A stretch of 64,000 nucleotides of DNA, from NCBI GenBank assembly GCA_963783375.1, contig CAWANH010000001.1, positions 176,830 to 240,829 on the forward strand, written 5' to 3'. The translations under genes and the position numbers were made by a program. Positions 27,937 through 36,609 of this stretch are shown piece by piece. How positions within the stretch are numbered: position 1 is the first letter of the stretch; the number at the start of each line of letters is the position of its first letter. Source of the DNA: Candidatus Eiseniibacteriota bacterium (GTDB taxonomy: Bacteria > Eisenbacteria > RBG-16-71-46 > JABDJR01). The notes below the pieces were generated by a model that saw nothing but the letters and a program-made list of their open reading frames with translations, had not been told where the DNA came from and searched no databases.

Positions 27937-28178
27937 CTCCTGGATCCGACTCCCTTCGGTCCGGGGCAATTGATTTCGGTTCCGATTGTTTGGACCGGAG
28001 CGCTCCGCGCCCGGGCACGTCGCAGAGTGTAACACCCGGCCTCGATCCCGGGTTCCGACGGGTCGGGCGCGCCGAGGGCGATGCCCGGCGCGGCCGAGCC
28101 CGTCCGTTCGACGAGCTGCTAGAGTCAATCCATGCTCGCGAGCCATCCATGCCGGTCGTACCGCTTCCAGGGTTTCCG

Positions 28179-28652
28179 ATGAGCCCGCCCGCACGCGCCG
28201 AGCCGGCTTGGCTCTTCTGGGACGGCGGGTGAGGCTTCTGCTGCTGGGCCGTGGCCTGGGCCCGACGCCGCGGCGCGGCGACCCGTTTCCGCATCTCATC
28301 CTGGCAGGACGCACCGGATCCCCCGATGGACGAGGGCCTTCGCCGCGAGGCGGAGCGCGCGGTGCAGGTGGTCACCCCCCATGGGGAACGGCTGGGCGGA
28401 GGACGCGCCGTCCTCTACCTCCTGGAGCGCATCGGTCGGGGCCGGACGGCCCGGGCCCTGTCCCGCCGGCCCTGGATCTGGGGGGTGGAAGGAACGTACC
28501 GATTGATCGCCCGGAACCGGAGTTTCCTGGGGCGTTTCGCATCGCGTGAACCGGGGCTCTGTCGCGCCGAGGATGCGTCGGAGAACGCCGGGGGGCGCCC
28601 CCGGCTTCCGGCGGGCGGCGGTCAATCGTCCAGGTACTTGAACCAGCGGTAG
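28179..28652 (+). CDS. DCC1/DUF393-like thiol-disulfide oxidoreductase with in-frame UGA (28230-28232) read as selenocysteine, U-x-x-C
   Basis: Track ORFs 27990-28232 and 28251-28652 share one frame and join as MSPPARAEPAWLFWDGG-U-GFCCWAVAW...AVQVVTPHGERLGGGRAVLYLL...YRLIARNR. The family consensus is DGxCxxC...Y..iarnR. Alternative start 28149. Confidence 0.82.
28244..28259 (+). promoter_or_regulatory. Candidate SECIS hairpin of the DCC selenoprotein
   Basis: CUGGGC-[CGUG]-GCCUGG; the loop starts 17 nt after the UGA and has GU at positions 2-3. Confidence 0.5.
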
Positions 28653-29941
28653 ATGGAGGCTCGGGAATACCCGGTGTGGCGTTGCCAGGCCTCCACGTCC
28701 CGTCCCAGCCGCCCCGCCACCGCCAGGAGGTAGGCCTGCTCGAACTCGGCCTGGGCCGCGGTCCAAGGAAGGGTCGAGAGGCGCTCCATGGATAGCGTGG
28801 CGGAACCGGCTTCCTTCTCGCGCGCCAGCGCATCCAGCCCCCAGAGCACGGCTCCTCGAAGGTCGTGGAAGTTGCGGGGAAAGTCCTCCTCGAGCAGGCG
28901 GGCGAGATCCTCGGGATCAAGCGCTCCGAGACCGAATTCGCCGGGGTGGCCCTCGCGAACCGCGGTGTACCTGATGTGAAACTCCAGGTCCTCCCGGAAC
29001 TCCCGCAACGGGTCGAGGGTCACGGTGTAGGGCTCCCAGAAGGCATCCAGGGAGGCCGCCCATCCGGTCCCGGTCCGGCGCCGATCGACGACCCGCGAGG
29101 CCATGATCCGCGCGGTGAGCCGGCGGACCCGGCGGCCTCCAACCGGGCTGTAGGTGCCGGACGAGACGGCCAGCCGCAGGCGCTCCAACCCGGCCTCGGT
29201 CATCGACTCCAGCCCCTGGATGAACACCGTCCCCTTCGCCGCCGCGGCCAGGGCTCCCGGGCTCGATCCTTCCTCCGCGGACTCGATCCCGTAGAGCTCG
29301 CGCTCGAAGTCCACCGGATCCCGCCCCCTCACGGTCACGGCCAGGAAGGGTCCCTTCCTCACCGTCGAGCCCGCGTGGAGCCAACGCGCGGTGGTCAGCT
29401 TCCCCGTCCCGACCTCCCCGGCCAGGAGCAAGGGGCGGCCGCCCATCCGGAAGGGGGTCAGTCGCTCCACCAGCGCCCGTCCGTGTCGGGAATCCGGCCA
29501 GGGACGGGGGGCGTTCCCCGATTCCACCTCGAGGAGAGAACGGTAGTGCTCCACCTCGGCGGTGAGGAGGCTCTGCTCGATCACCCGGCCCACTTCGTGC
29601 CGGAAGGTGCGGGGGTCCAGGTCGGCGTCCTTGTTGAGATACGGGAGCCCCTCCACCAGCGCCCGCGCGGTGGTCCGGGTGCCGGCGTGGATGGTGAGGA
29701 GAATCACCGGGAACGTGTAGCCTTCGCCGCGGAGCCGCTTGAACACCTCGATCCCGTCCTCGCCCCGCTCCAGCTCCAGGTCGAGAAGGAGCACGTCGGG
29801 TTCCCGGCCCTCCAGGGAACGAAACAGGGCCCCGGGTTCGGCGAAGGTCTCGATCTCGTACTCCGAGCCCAGGAGATGGACGGCCTCCCGTCGGAACTCG
29901 GCATCGTCGTCAAGCAGGCTCACCAGCGGCTTCGCGTTCAC
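28622..29941 (-). CDS. Response regulator with degenerate sigma54-activator-type AAA+ domain and Fis-like HTH
   Basis: REC (LDDD, LLLDLEL), Walker A GEVGTGK, no GAFTGA (ELYGIESAEEGSSPG), Walker B eroded (VFIQGLE), HTH GYSRASIYRW. Confidence 0.82.
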   Translation of the reverse strand: MNAKPLVSLLDDDAEFRREAVHLLGSEYEIETFAEPGALFRSLEGREPDVLLLDLELERGEDGIEVFKRLRGEGYTFPVILLTIHAGTRTTARALVEGLPYLNKDADLDPRTFRHEVGRVIEQSLLTAEVEHYRSLLEVESGNAPRPWPDSRHGRALVERLTPFRMGGRPLLLAGEVGTGKLTTARWLHAGSTVRKGPFLAVTVRGRDPVDFERELYGIESAEEGSSPGALAAAAKGTVFIQGLESMTEAGLERLRLAVSSGTYSPVGGRRVRRLTARIMASRVVDRRRTGTGWAASLDAFWEPYTVTLDPLREFREDLEFHIRYTAVREGHPGEFGLGALDPEDLARLLEEDFPRNFHDLRGAVLWGLDALAREKEAGSATLSMERLSTLPWTAAQAEFEQAYLLAVAGRLGRDVEAWQRHTGYSRASIYRWFKYLDD

Positions 29942-30005
29942 CGTCGCTCCGTTCTCCGAATCCTTGCCTCCCCGCGGGGGTCCCCGTCCCGTTGCGGGGG
30001 GCGTT

Positions 30006-33000
30006 TCAATAGAGATCGTAGCAGGGGACCTGGATCTCCGCACTCACCCCACCCGACACGTCGTCGCGAAGCTCCAGCCTTCCCCGATAGGGCAGGAGGA
30101 GCCTCTCCAGGAGCGCCAGTCCCCGCCGGGTTCCGGGCCGGGCCTCACGGGCCCGCTCGACGACGACCGGCGCGCCGTCGTCCCAGACCTCGATGACCGC
30201 GGATGTGCCTCCCTGCATGCCTACCCGCACCCGAATGATCCCCGGCGGAGGATCCTTCTTCACCGCGTTCGAAATCAGTTCCTCCAGGCAGACGAACAGA
30301 TCGTCCGCCCTCATGGGGAACTGGCGCGATGGGGAGCTGTCCCCCGCCTCGAAGATCACCCGGGTTGATCCGTTTCCGCCGAGACCGCAGTACTCGACGA
30401 CGCGATTCAGCGTCCGTTCCGCGTCTGCGCTGTAGCGATCGGCCAGCGCCCGCTGGATGAGGCTCATGGAGTTCTCGAGGGTCCGGCCCTCGGTGAGGAG
30501 GCGGTCGAGGTCCGAGAGATCCCCGTGACGCGCCGCGTCCAGGGAGCGGAGCGCCGAGCGCGCGCTCCTCGCCCCTTCCAGGCCGAGCATCTCGGCGATT
30601 TCGATCCCCCGCCGGAGGCTCTCCACCACCTCGGTGGGCATCGCGCTTTCCAGGCGCGGGAGGATCTCGCGCCGAAGCGCCTCCCGGTTCCCCGCGGATT
30701 CCGCTTCCAGTCGAAATTCACGGACGATGCGAAGCATCCCGGCCACCGACCGCCGCCACCGCGCGTGGGAGGAGAGTCCGATCCGGGTCAGGAGATCGGC
30801 CCAGCTCTGATCCTCGGTCCGCGCGGCGGCCCCCCGCCGAATCCGGCCGACCAGCAGGACGGTGGCGAATACCACCAGAAGGCCGACGGCAGCCCGACCG
30901 ATGGGGTCGTGGGACGCAGCCCAGGGATACTCCCAGAGGTGGGGCGCCCGGTGCCGGAGCCACGCCCTGAAGCGGGAGAATCCGGAGATCGGGCCCCGCG
31001 GATCGAGCCGATCCATCCCCCCCGCAACCAGGTCCGCGGAGTCCGCCGGGACGGACGACTCGTCGAGCCCCACCCGTTCGCTGGCCGCCACCAGGATCGG
31101 CGCCGGTCCGACGCGATGATTGGAGAGGATGGGGAGCCGCCAGGGTACCGCGTCCCGCCCGACCAACGTCGCGCCGATGCCGTCGGATCCGGGACCGAGG
31201 CCCCGGACGCTGATCCGTCGCACCGGTCCCGTGCCCGGTAGCTTCACGATCGAGATCCCGTCCTCCCGGGATAGGATCGCCTCGACGGTTCCGTCCCCGT
31301 CGAGGTCCTGAAGGGCGAACTGGGATACCCCGCTGGTCGAGCGCGGGTCGAGATCGAGGACCCGGCCTCGAGCGGGGATCACCGGGCCCCCGGCCCGGGC
31401 CGAGCGGACGGTTTCCCCGAGGTCGTAGACCACGATCCCCCGCCGATCGTCCAAGAGCACCAGCTCCGGCCCGTCCCGGCCGTTCATTTCGGTGAAGCTT
31501 GCGTCCTGGGTCCACCCGTCCCCTTGCAGGCCCCAGGCCCAGGCTCTCTCATCGAAGCGTAGTCCGCCCCGGTTCAGATAGAGACGGTTTTGCCCGCTAA
31601 TGGGGGTGGCGTTCACCTTGGCGTTGAAGCTGAGAAAGAGGTCCAGGCGGCCGTCGCCGTCCAGGTCCATGACCTGCACCGCCCGCAGGAAGGCGGTGCC
31701 CATGAGGAGATCCAGGACGGCCGGGGGTCCGTAGGCGCCCCCTCCCCGGCCCGGAAAGACCCGGAGACCGCACCCCGGGGCCGCGCTCACCAGGTCCAGC
31801 CTTCCGTCCCCGTCGAGGTCGGCCAGGGTCAGGAAGTAGGTTCCCCGCAGGTTCGGATAGCCGCTCTCGGCCAGTCCGCGGGGCGGGCCGAAACCGGAGC
31901 CTCCCTCGCCCTCGAGGCGCCAGATTCTCAGGTGGTCGTTGTTCCCCATCAGGTGATAACCCAGGAAGAGATCCAACCGGCCGTCCCCGTCGTCGTCGGC
32001 CAGGGTCATGGCGGAGAGCATGGCCCCGACCTCGGGAAGGTGGACGACCAGGGTGTCCCCGGCAAAGCCGCCTCTCCGGTTGGTCAGAACCCAGAGGGTG
32101 GAATCGTTGGGGTCGGAGGCCACCAGGTCCAGATCCCCGTCCCCGTCCAGGTCGCCGGCCACCGCGAGGTGGAGGGGGCGGGATCGCCCGAGGTCCCCTT
32201 CCGCCTGGACGAGCACGAACCGGGAGGCGGCGCGATCGTACCTCCAGAGCTTTCCCCCCACCATCCAGGGGGTCACGACCTCGGAGACGCCGTCGCCGTC
32301 GAGGTCCGCGACCAGGCAGCGGCCCTCGGCCACGTGTTCCAGGTGAGCACGGGGGAACCTGGGAACCGGATGCTCCCGGGCCGGGCTGAACGAGATGGTC
32401 CCCAACCACGTCTCCTGGTTGTCCGGCAGGCAGAAACCGAATCTCAAGCCCACGATCTTCCCCAGGGTATCCAGGGGAGCGGCCGACTTGATCCGGCTGT
32501 ACGCGTAGGCATCGGACAGGGTGGTCCAGGCGTAGTCGTAGCGGTCCGGGATATTGAAGAAATCGTCCGTGTAGTCGTAGAGGGCATGGGAGGTGGCCAA
32601 CCGCATGCTGTGACCGAACTCGTCCACGATGTCCAGGGTGACCCGGTCCGCGGTGTCGGTGTTTCTCACGAACCACTTCCACATCCAGTACTCCGCCTGT
32701 TCGGGCGGCTGGGGCGGGATCCCGAAGTCGGAGAAGAGAAGCCCGAAGTCGACCTGCCCCCCGACCTCCGTCGCGCAGGAATCGCTCTGGAAGACCCAGA
32801 TCGGATCCTCCCCGACCCGGCCCAGGCTGACGGTTACCGGGCAGTCCCCCTGGCGCGACTCGAGCCTCCAGTCCCGGGCGCTCCTGGGGACGATGTCCCG
32901 GAAGGGCTGGGCGGCGAGATTCGGCGCCCCGGCGAGACCGGTGGCCATGAGAATCGACCAGGCAAGGCACCATCGAGACACGCGGCATCGGCGTGGCGGG

Positions 33001-33008
33001 GAAGACAT
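30006..33008 (-). CDS. FG-GAP/VCBS beta-propeller extracellular domain + TM + atypical histidine kinase/HATPase
   Basis: Seven DxDGDG-type repeats, TM AAVGLLVVFATVLLVG, then LEELISNAVK, EVWDDG, RGLALL. Start uncertain (33008 or 32949). Confidence 0.78.
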   Translation of the reverse strand: MSSPPRRCRVSRWCLAWSILMATGLAGAPNLAAQPFRDIVPRSARDWRLESRQGDCPVTVSLGRVGEDPIWVFQSDSCATEVGGQVDFGLLFSDFGIPPQPPEQAEYWMWKWFVRNTDTADRVTLDIVDEFGHSMRLATSHALYDYTDDFFNIPDRYDYAWTTLSDAYAYSRIKSAAPLDTLGKIVGLRFGFCLPDNQETWLGTISFSPAREHPVPRFPRAHLEHVAEGRCLVADLDGDGVSEVVTPWMVGGKLWRYDRAASRFVLVQAEGDLGRSRPLHLAVAGDLDGDGDLDLVASDPNDSTLWVLTNRRGGFAGDTLVVHLPEVGAMLSAMTLADDDGDGRLDLFLGYHLMGNNDHLRIWRLEGEGGSGFGPPRGLAESGYPNLRGTYFLTLADLDGDGRLDLVSAAPGCGLRVFPGRGGGAYGPPAVLDLLMGTAFLRAVQVMDLDGDGRLDLFLSFNAKVNATPISGQNRLYLNRGGLRFDERAWAWGLQGDGWTQDASFTEMNGRDGPELVLLDDRRGIVVYDLGETVRSARAGGPVIPARGRVLDLDPRSTSGVSQFALQDLDGDGTVEAILSREDGISIVKLPGTGPVRRISVRGLGPGSDGIGATLVGRDAVPWRLPILSNHRVGPAPILVAASERVGLDESSVPADSADLVAGGMDRLDPRGPISGFSRFRAWLRHRAPHLWEYPWAASHDPIGRAAVGLLVVFATVLLVGRIRRGAAARTEDQSWADLLTRIGLSSHARWRRSVAGMLRIVREFRLEAESAGNREALRREILPRLESAMPTEVVESLRRGIEIAEMLGLEGARSARSALRSLDAARHGDLSDLDRLLTEGRTLENSMSLIQRALADRYSADAERTLNRVVEYCGLGGNGSTRVIFEAGDSSPSRQFPMRADDLFVCLEELISNAVKKDPPPGIIRVRVGMQGGTSAVIEVWDDGAPVVVERAREARPGTRRGLALLERLLLPYRGRLELRDDVSGGVSAEIQVPCYDLY

Positions 33009-33195
33009 GTACGGCCTCGGGAGTTGGCAAACCGGAGCGACCGGGAACCGGCAGGCCCGACACTCATCGCGCAGGGATTCTTGACGAATCGACGCATCTT
33101 CGCGGGGGAATGCGAAGCGGGGGAGATCATATCTCAAACCAACGCCGCGATGAAACCCGCCGGCGGAGAAATCCGGGACGAATCAACCGGCCTCG

Positions 33196-33325
33196 AAAAA
33201 GGTTCTGGCGCCTCGGACGACCCCGGAACGGAGCAAAGCGTCCGGCCCTTCCCCCAAAGACACGCACGAAGTGCGCGCCTGGACCGCGATGCCTACTCCC
33301 CCCGAAGTCTCCTCGGCGCCAGAAC
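33196..33325 (-). ncRNA. Candidate structured non-coding RNA: ~125-nt rod-like hairpin followed by a U5 tract
   Basis: GUUCUGGCGCC/GGCGCCAGAAC, tandem GA/GA, GACUUCGGGG/UUCCGGGGUC, GGAGUAGG/UUUGCUCC, CGGUCC/GGGCCG, AGGCGCGCAC/GUGCGUGUCU; about ten G.U pairs, possible only on the minus strand. Confidence 0.55.
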
Positions 33326-33406
33326 ACCGACTCGATGCTTCACTCCGGCCATGCAATAACTCGGCGGGACAACATCAAGTTGCCTCCTGCCACCCATTCC
33401 TGTCCA

Positions 33407-33441
33407 TCTCAACCCCCGCATTCACCGTCTCAATCTTGAGA
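33407..33441. promoter_or_regulatory. Candidate regulator binding site
   Basis: Palindrome TCTCAA-tc-TTGAGA (33428-33441) plus a TCTCAA half-site 21 bp away (33407-33412). Confidence 0.4.
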
Positions 33442-33571
33442 ATCGCGTGCGGGTTCTGAAGCTCGGGGACCGTCTCGGGCCGCCCACCGGTGGGACGCCC
33501 CTCCTCCGTGGCCGAGAGGCCCGGCGGACGGGCCTGCTCTCCCGGCGGCCCGCGCCGCCGCGGCCTCGCCC

Positions 33572-36502
33572 TCAGCGCCCGCCGGAGAGAGCGACGGGGA
33601 GGACGAGCCGGATCCGCTTCTCCTTCTCGTCCGTGAAGCGCACCTGGCCGTAGTTGACCATGCCGTCCGGGGCCTCCCGGGGTGGATGCGCCAGCTCCAG
33701 GGTGAGATCCACCGGCGCGTCGGGCCAGAGATCGAAGACCTCGCGCGTCTCCTGGACGACCCGGATGAGATCGCGTTCCTTCCGGACGTAGGACTCCCTC
33801 AGCCGAAATCCCCAGCTCGAGTCCGAATCGGCGAAGGTGAAGCCCGCCCACACCTCGAGGGTATAGGTGGCGGGAGCCTTGGCGCCGGGGGATGGATTGG
33901 CGAAACCGAAGTCCAGGAACCGCTGGCCGAATCCGGTGTTCACCAGGGCCTTCCCGTCCGCGTCGAGAACCCGCACCGCGCAGTCGGTAAGGCGGTCGTA
34001 AACCTCAGGGGTCATCTCCAGGTGGAACTCGGCCCGGGCCAGCTCCGCGTTCATCCTGAACTCGCTCCTCCAGACGCTCTCTCCCCGGACCACGACCGCG
34101 CGCTCCCGGCGGTAACCCGCCACCTCGCCCTCCGCCCGCCCCCGGAAACGATCGTCGAGGAGGTTGGTGACCGAGACCCGGGCGGTGGGGGCCGTCCCCT
34201 GGGGCATGGTGAAGACCCGGAGCGTGTCCGGTTCGGTCCGGTAGCCTTCGGCCCGGGCCGCGAGTTCCCAGGCGCTCGAGAAGCGGTTCCGGTAGGAGGC
34301 CACCACGTCCGCCTCCCAGATTCCCGGCCGGAGCTTCTCGCCGGTGACCACCAGCACGTCGCGGCTGGCTTCCGCCCCGTCGGCCCAGCCCCGGTATCCC
34401 CCGGTGGAACGGCCCTGGGGATCGTAGACCACGAGCCGCACCTTCCCCCGCTTCCCGTCGGGGATCCGGAGTTCCAGCGAAAGGCTGGTGGCGCCGGGGG
34501 GAAGGCGGAGGAAGAAGCGGCGCACCCCGCCCGGCTCGAGGTCGCTCCCGTTCCACGTGCGTTGGTAGCCCTTTTCCGCGTCCAGCGCGAAGGGCACGAT
34601 CACCGTATGCCAGGACTCCCACTCCGGCGCCCGGGGACCGGGCATGCCCTTGGCGAAGGCGCGGATCCGGCCCACGTAGAGCCCGGGCTCCCGGAGCCGC
34701 TCGGGGTCGTAGAAGACGGTGAAGCTCTGCTTCGCGGTCCCCTTGAGATAGGTCTCGGAGCGATCCGCCTGGAGCCAGGGCGCGTTGCTCTCGAGTTCGA
34801 AGGCGCGAAAGAAGGCGTTTCGCTCGTCCGGAGACGCCGAGTCCTCGAAGGCGGGGGCTACCGTCACCTCCACCCCGTGGGGGGGGCGCGGAAAGATTCC
34901 GCCGGTCCGCCAGTATGCGGCCAGGGGCGTGGCATCGGAAGGTATGGGGGCGTCGGCGCTCACCCGGTAGGCGAGGAGCGGCGAATCCACCCGGCCGGCC
35001 AGCCCGCGGAGCGCCGTCCAGGCCTCGGGCACCCGGATCACCCCCGACCCCTGGTCCAGGGCGGTGAACCCGGAGAGCGGTTCGGCCGTCCCCTCGACCG
35101 CCTGGTCGAGAGTCGCCCAGGACCACGCCGTCCCCTCCGCCTCCGCCGCCGAAACCAGCAACGCCATGGCTCCCGCGGCCTGGGGCGAAGCCATGCTGGT
35201 TCCCCACATGACGATCCCTCCGGCGTAGGGGGGAACGGCGGATGCGGCCGCGCCCGGGGCGAGCGCGTCGGGCTTGGGGGTGTCGCCGCCCCGGGAGGAG
35301 AAGTGGAAGGGGAGGCTCCGCTCCAGGCTCCCCCCGTAGAGGTTCCGCGAGGTCTCCTTCACGAAGAGCGCCCCGGTGGCGAAGGCGAAGGCCCCGGCGC
35401 CGGGAGTCCCCACCGTGGACACCCCCGGCCCGTCGTTTCCGGCCGAGGTCACGTAGACCAGCCGCGGATGGGCGACCAGGAAGGAGTCCACGAAGGCGTC
35501 GATCCGGCTGTGCCCTTCCACCTCGGACCCGATGCCGTAGGACATGTTGAACACCACCGGCACCCCGTGCTCCTTCGCCCACGCCGCCCCGAACTCCAGC
35601 GCCTTCTTCACGCTCCCGGTGGTGGTGGCCCCTCCGCTCAGGCTGTTCATCCCGATCTTGAGGCTCAACACCCCGGCCCCCGGGGCCACGCCGTCGTAAC
35701 CCTCGACCCCGCCCAGCCGGTAGCCGGCGGCGATCCCCGCCACGTGCGTCGCGTGGGCGCCCCCGGGAAAGTGAAATTCCACCTTCTTCTCGGCGGGGAG
35801 AATGGTGAGCGCCCCGGTCTGCCGGTGGAGCGCGGCCTCGTCGGTATTGGAGCGGAAGCGCAGGGTCCGGTGATCGTAACGATAGGAGCGGATGGGGGTC
35901 TCGTCGTCCAGGTTGCCGTCGCCGTCCAGGTCGACCAGGGCCACCCAGTCGCTGTCCGAGGCCTCGACCCGGGTGGGAACGGCCAGGACCGCGAACCGGT
36001 CCCCGGTCCTTCCGTTGTCGTTGAGATCGAAGATGGCCGTGTTCTGGTATTGCTTCTCGGCCAGGAATCCCAGACGGTAGACCCCGTCGGCGGGAACGAC
36101 CGGCAGGTTCGCCACCCCGAACACCCGTCTCCCGATTCCGTCCTTGAGCGACGGCCGGCCGTCCACGGTGTCGAACGCGGCGACGGTCCAGCTCACGTCC
36201 CCGGTCCCCGAGAAGTCGCGGGCGTCGAGGATCTTGACCGTCCCCGCGGGGGTGGTGAGCAGACCTACGGTGCCGAGATCGACTCCGGTGTCCATGACTC
36301 CGATCACCACGCCGCGTCCGTCCCACTCCGGATGGGCGCGGCGGAAGGCCAGGGCGCCGATGACGTCGGTGGGGAGGAAGCTCCAGTCGTCGAGGGCCGG
36401 TTCGGTGGGCCCGGTCCGCGGCGCGGCCGCGACGACGGGACGAGACATCGCGTCCAGACAGAGAAGGAGCACCAGCGTGGACACGAGCCGCATCCGAGTC
36501 AT
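33572..36502 (-). CDS. Secreted S8 serine peptidase, tripeptidyl-peptidase II-like
   Basis: Signal peptide; FLPTDVIGALAF..HPEWDGRGVVIGVMDTGVD, GGAHATHVAGIAAG, SAGNDGPG, GTSMASP. Confidence 0.9.
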   Translation of the reverse strand: MTRMRLVSTLVLLLCLDAMSRPVVAAAPRTGPTEPALDDWSFLPTDVIGALAFRRAHPEWDGRGVVIGVMDTGVDLGTVGLLTTPAGTVKILDARDFSGTGDVSWTVAAFDTVDGRPSLKDGIGRRVFGVANLPVVPADGVYRLGFLAEKQYQNTAIFDLNDNGRTGDRFAVLAVPTRVEASDSDWVALVDLDGDGNLDDETPIRSYRYDHRTLRFRSNTDEAALHRQTGALTILPAEKKVEFHFPGGAHATHVAGIAAGYRLGGVEGYDGVAPGAGVLSLKIGMNSLSGGATTTGSVKKALEFGAAWAKEHGVPVVFNMSYGIGSEVEGHSRIDAFVDSFLVAHPRLVYVTSAGNDGPGVSTVGTPGAGAFAFATGALFVKETSRNLYGGSLERSLPFHFSSRGGDTPKPDALAPGAAASAVPPYAGGIVMWGTSMASPQAAGAMALLVSAAEAEGTAWSWATLDQAVEGTAEPLSGFTALDQGSGVIRVPEAWTALRGLAGRVDSPLLAYRVSADAPIPSDATPLAAYWRTGGIFPRPPHGVEVTVAPAFEDSASPDERNAFFRAFELESNAPWLQADRSETYLKGTAKQSFTVFYDPERLREPGLYVGRIRAFAKGMPGPRAPEWESWHTVIVPFALDAEKGYQRTWNGSDLEPGGVRRFFLRLPPGATSLSLELRIPDGKRGKVRLVVYDPQGRSTGGYRGWADGAEASRDVLVVTGEKLRPGIWEADVVASYRNRFSSAWELAARAEGYRTEPDTLRVFTMPQGTAPTARVSVTNLLDDRFRGRAEGEVAGYRRERAVVVRGESVWRSEFRMNAELARAEFHLEMTPEVYDRLTDCAVRVLDADGKALVNTGFGQRFLDFGFANPSPGAKAPATYTLEVWAGFTFADSDSSWGFRLRESYVRKERDLIRVVQETREVFDLWPDAPVDLTLELAHPPREAPDGMVNYGQVRFTDEKEKRIRLVLPVALSGGR

Positions 36503-36609
36503 GTGCCTACCTCGCGAAAGGGGTCTTCCGGGTCGAAGGCACATACCATAGCCTCGGGGGGAGAGGCCAGCAAGGCCCGGCCGACCGCCCCCGAGGCTCC
36601 GCCGTTGGC

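Noticed and set aside
31270-32320. Repeated CCGTCCCCGTCGAGGTC-like DNA as a CRISPR or tandem array
   Set aside because: These are the codons of the FG-GAP DLDGDG repeats within a CDS, with irregular spacing. No CRISPR array or cas gene was seen in the window.
33127-33376. UGA read-through ORF MLSRRVIAWPE-U-SIESVFW... as a third selenoprotein
   Set aside because: No redox motif around the UGA, and the product is Arg-rich with no family resemblance; the region is better explained by RNA structure.
33146-33378. Hairpin as SRP RNA, 6S RNA or an integron attC site
   Set aside because: No SRP domain IV/GGAA loop; no large central bubble in a 6S-like position; the core runs GTT...AAC rather than RYYYAAC...GTTRRRY, and no integrase is nearby.
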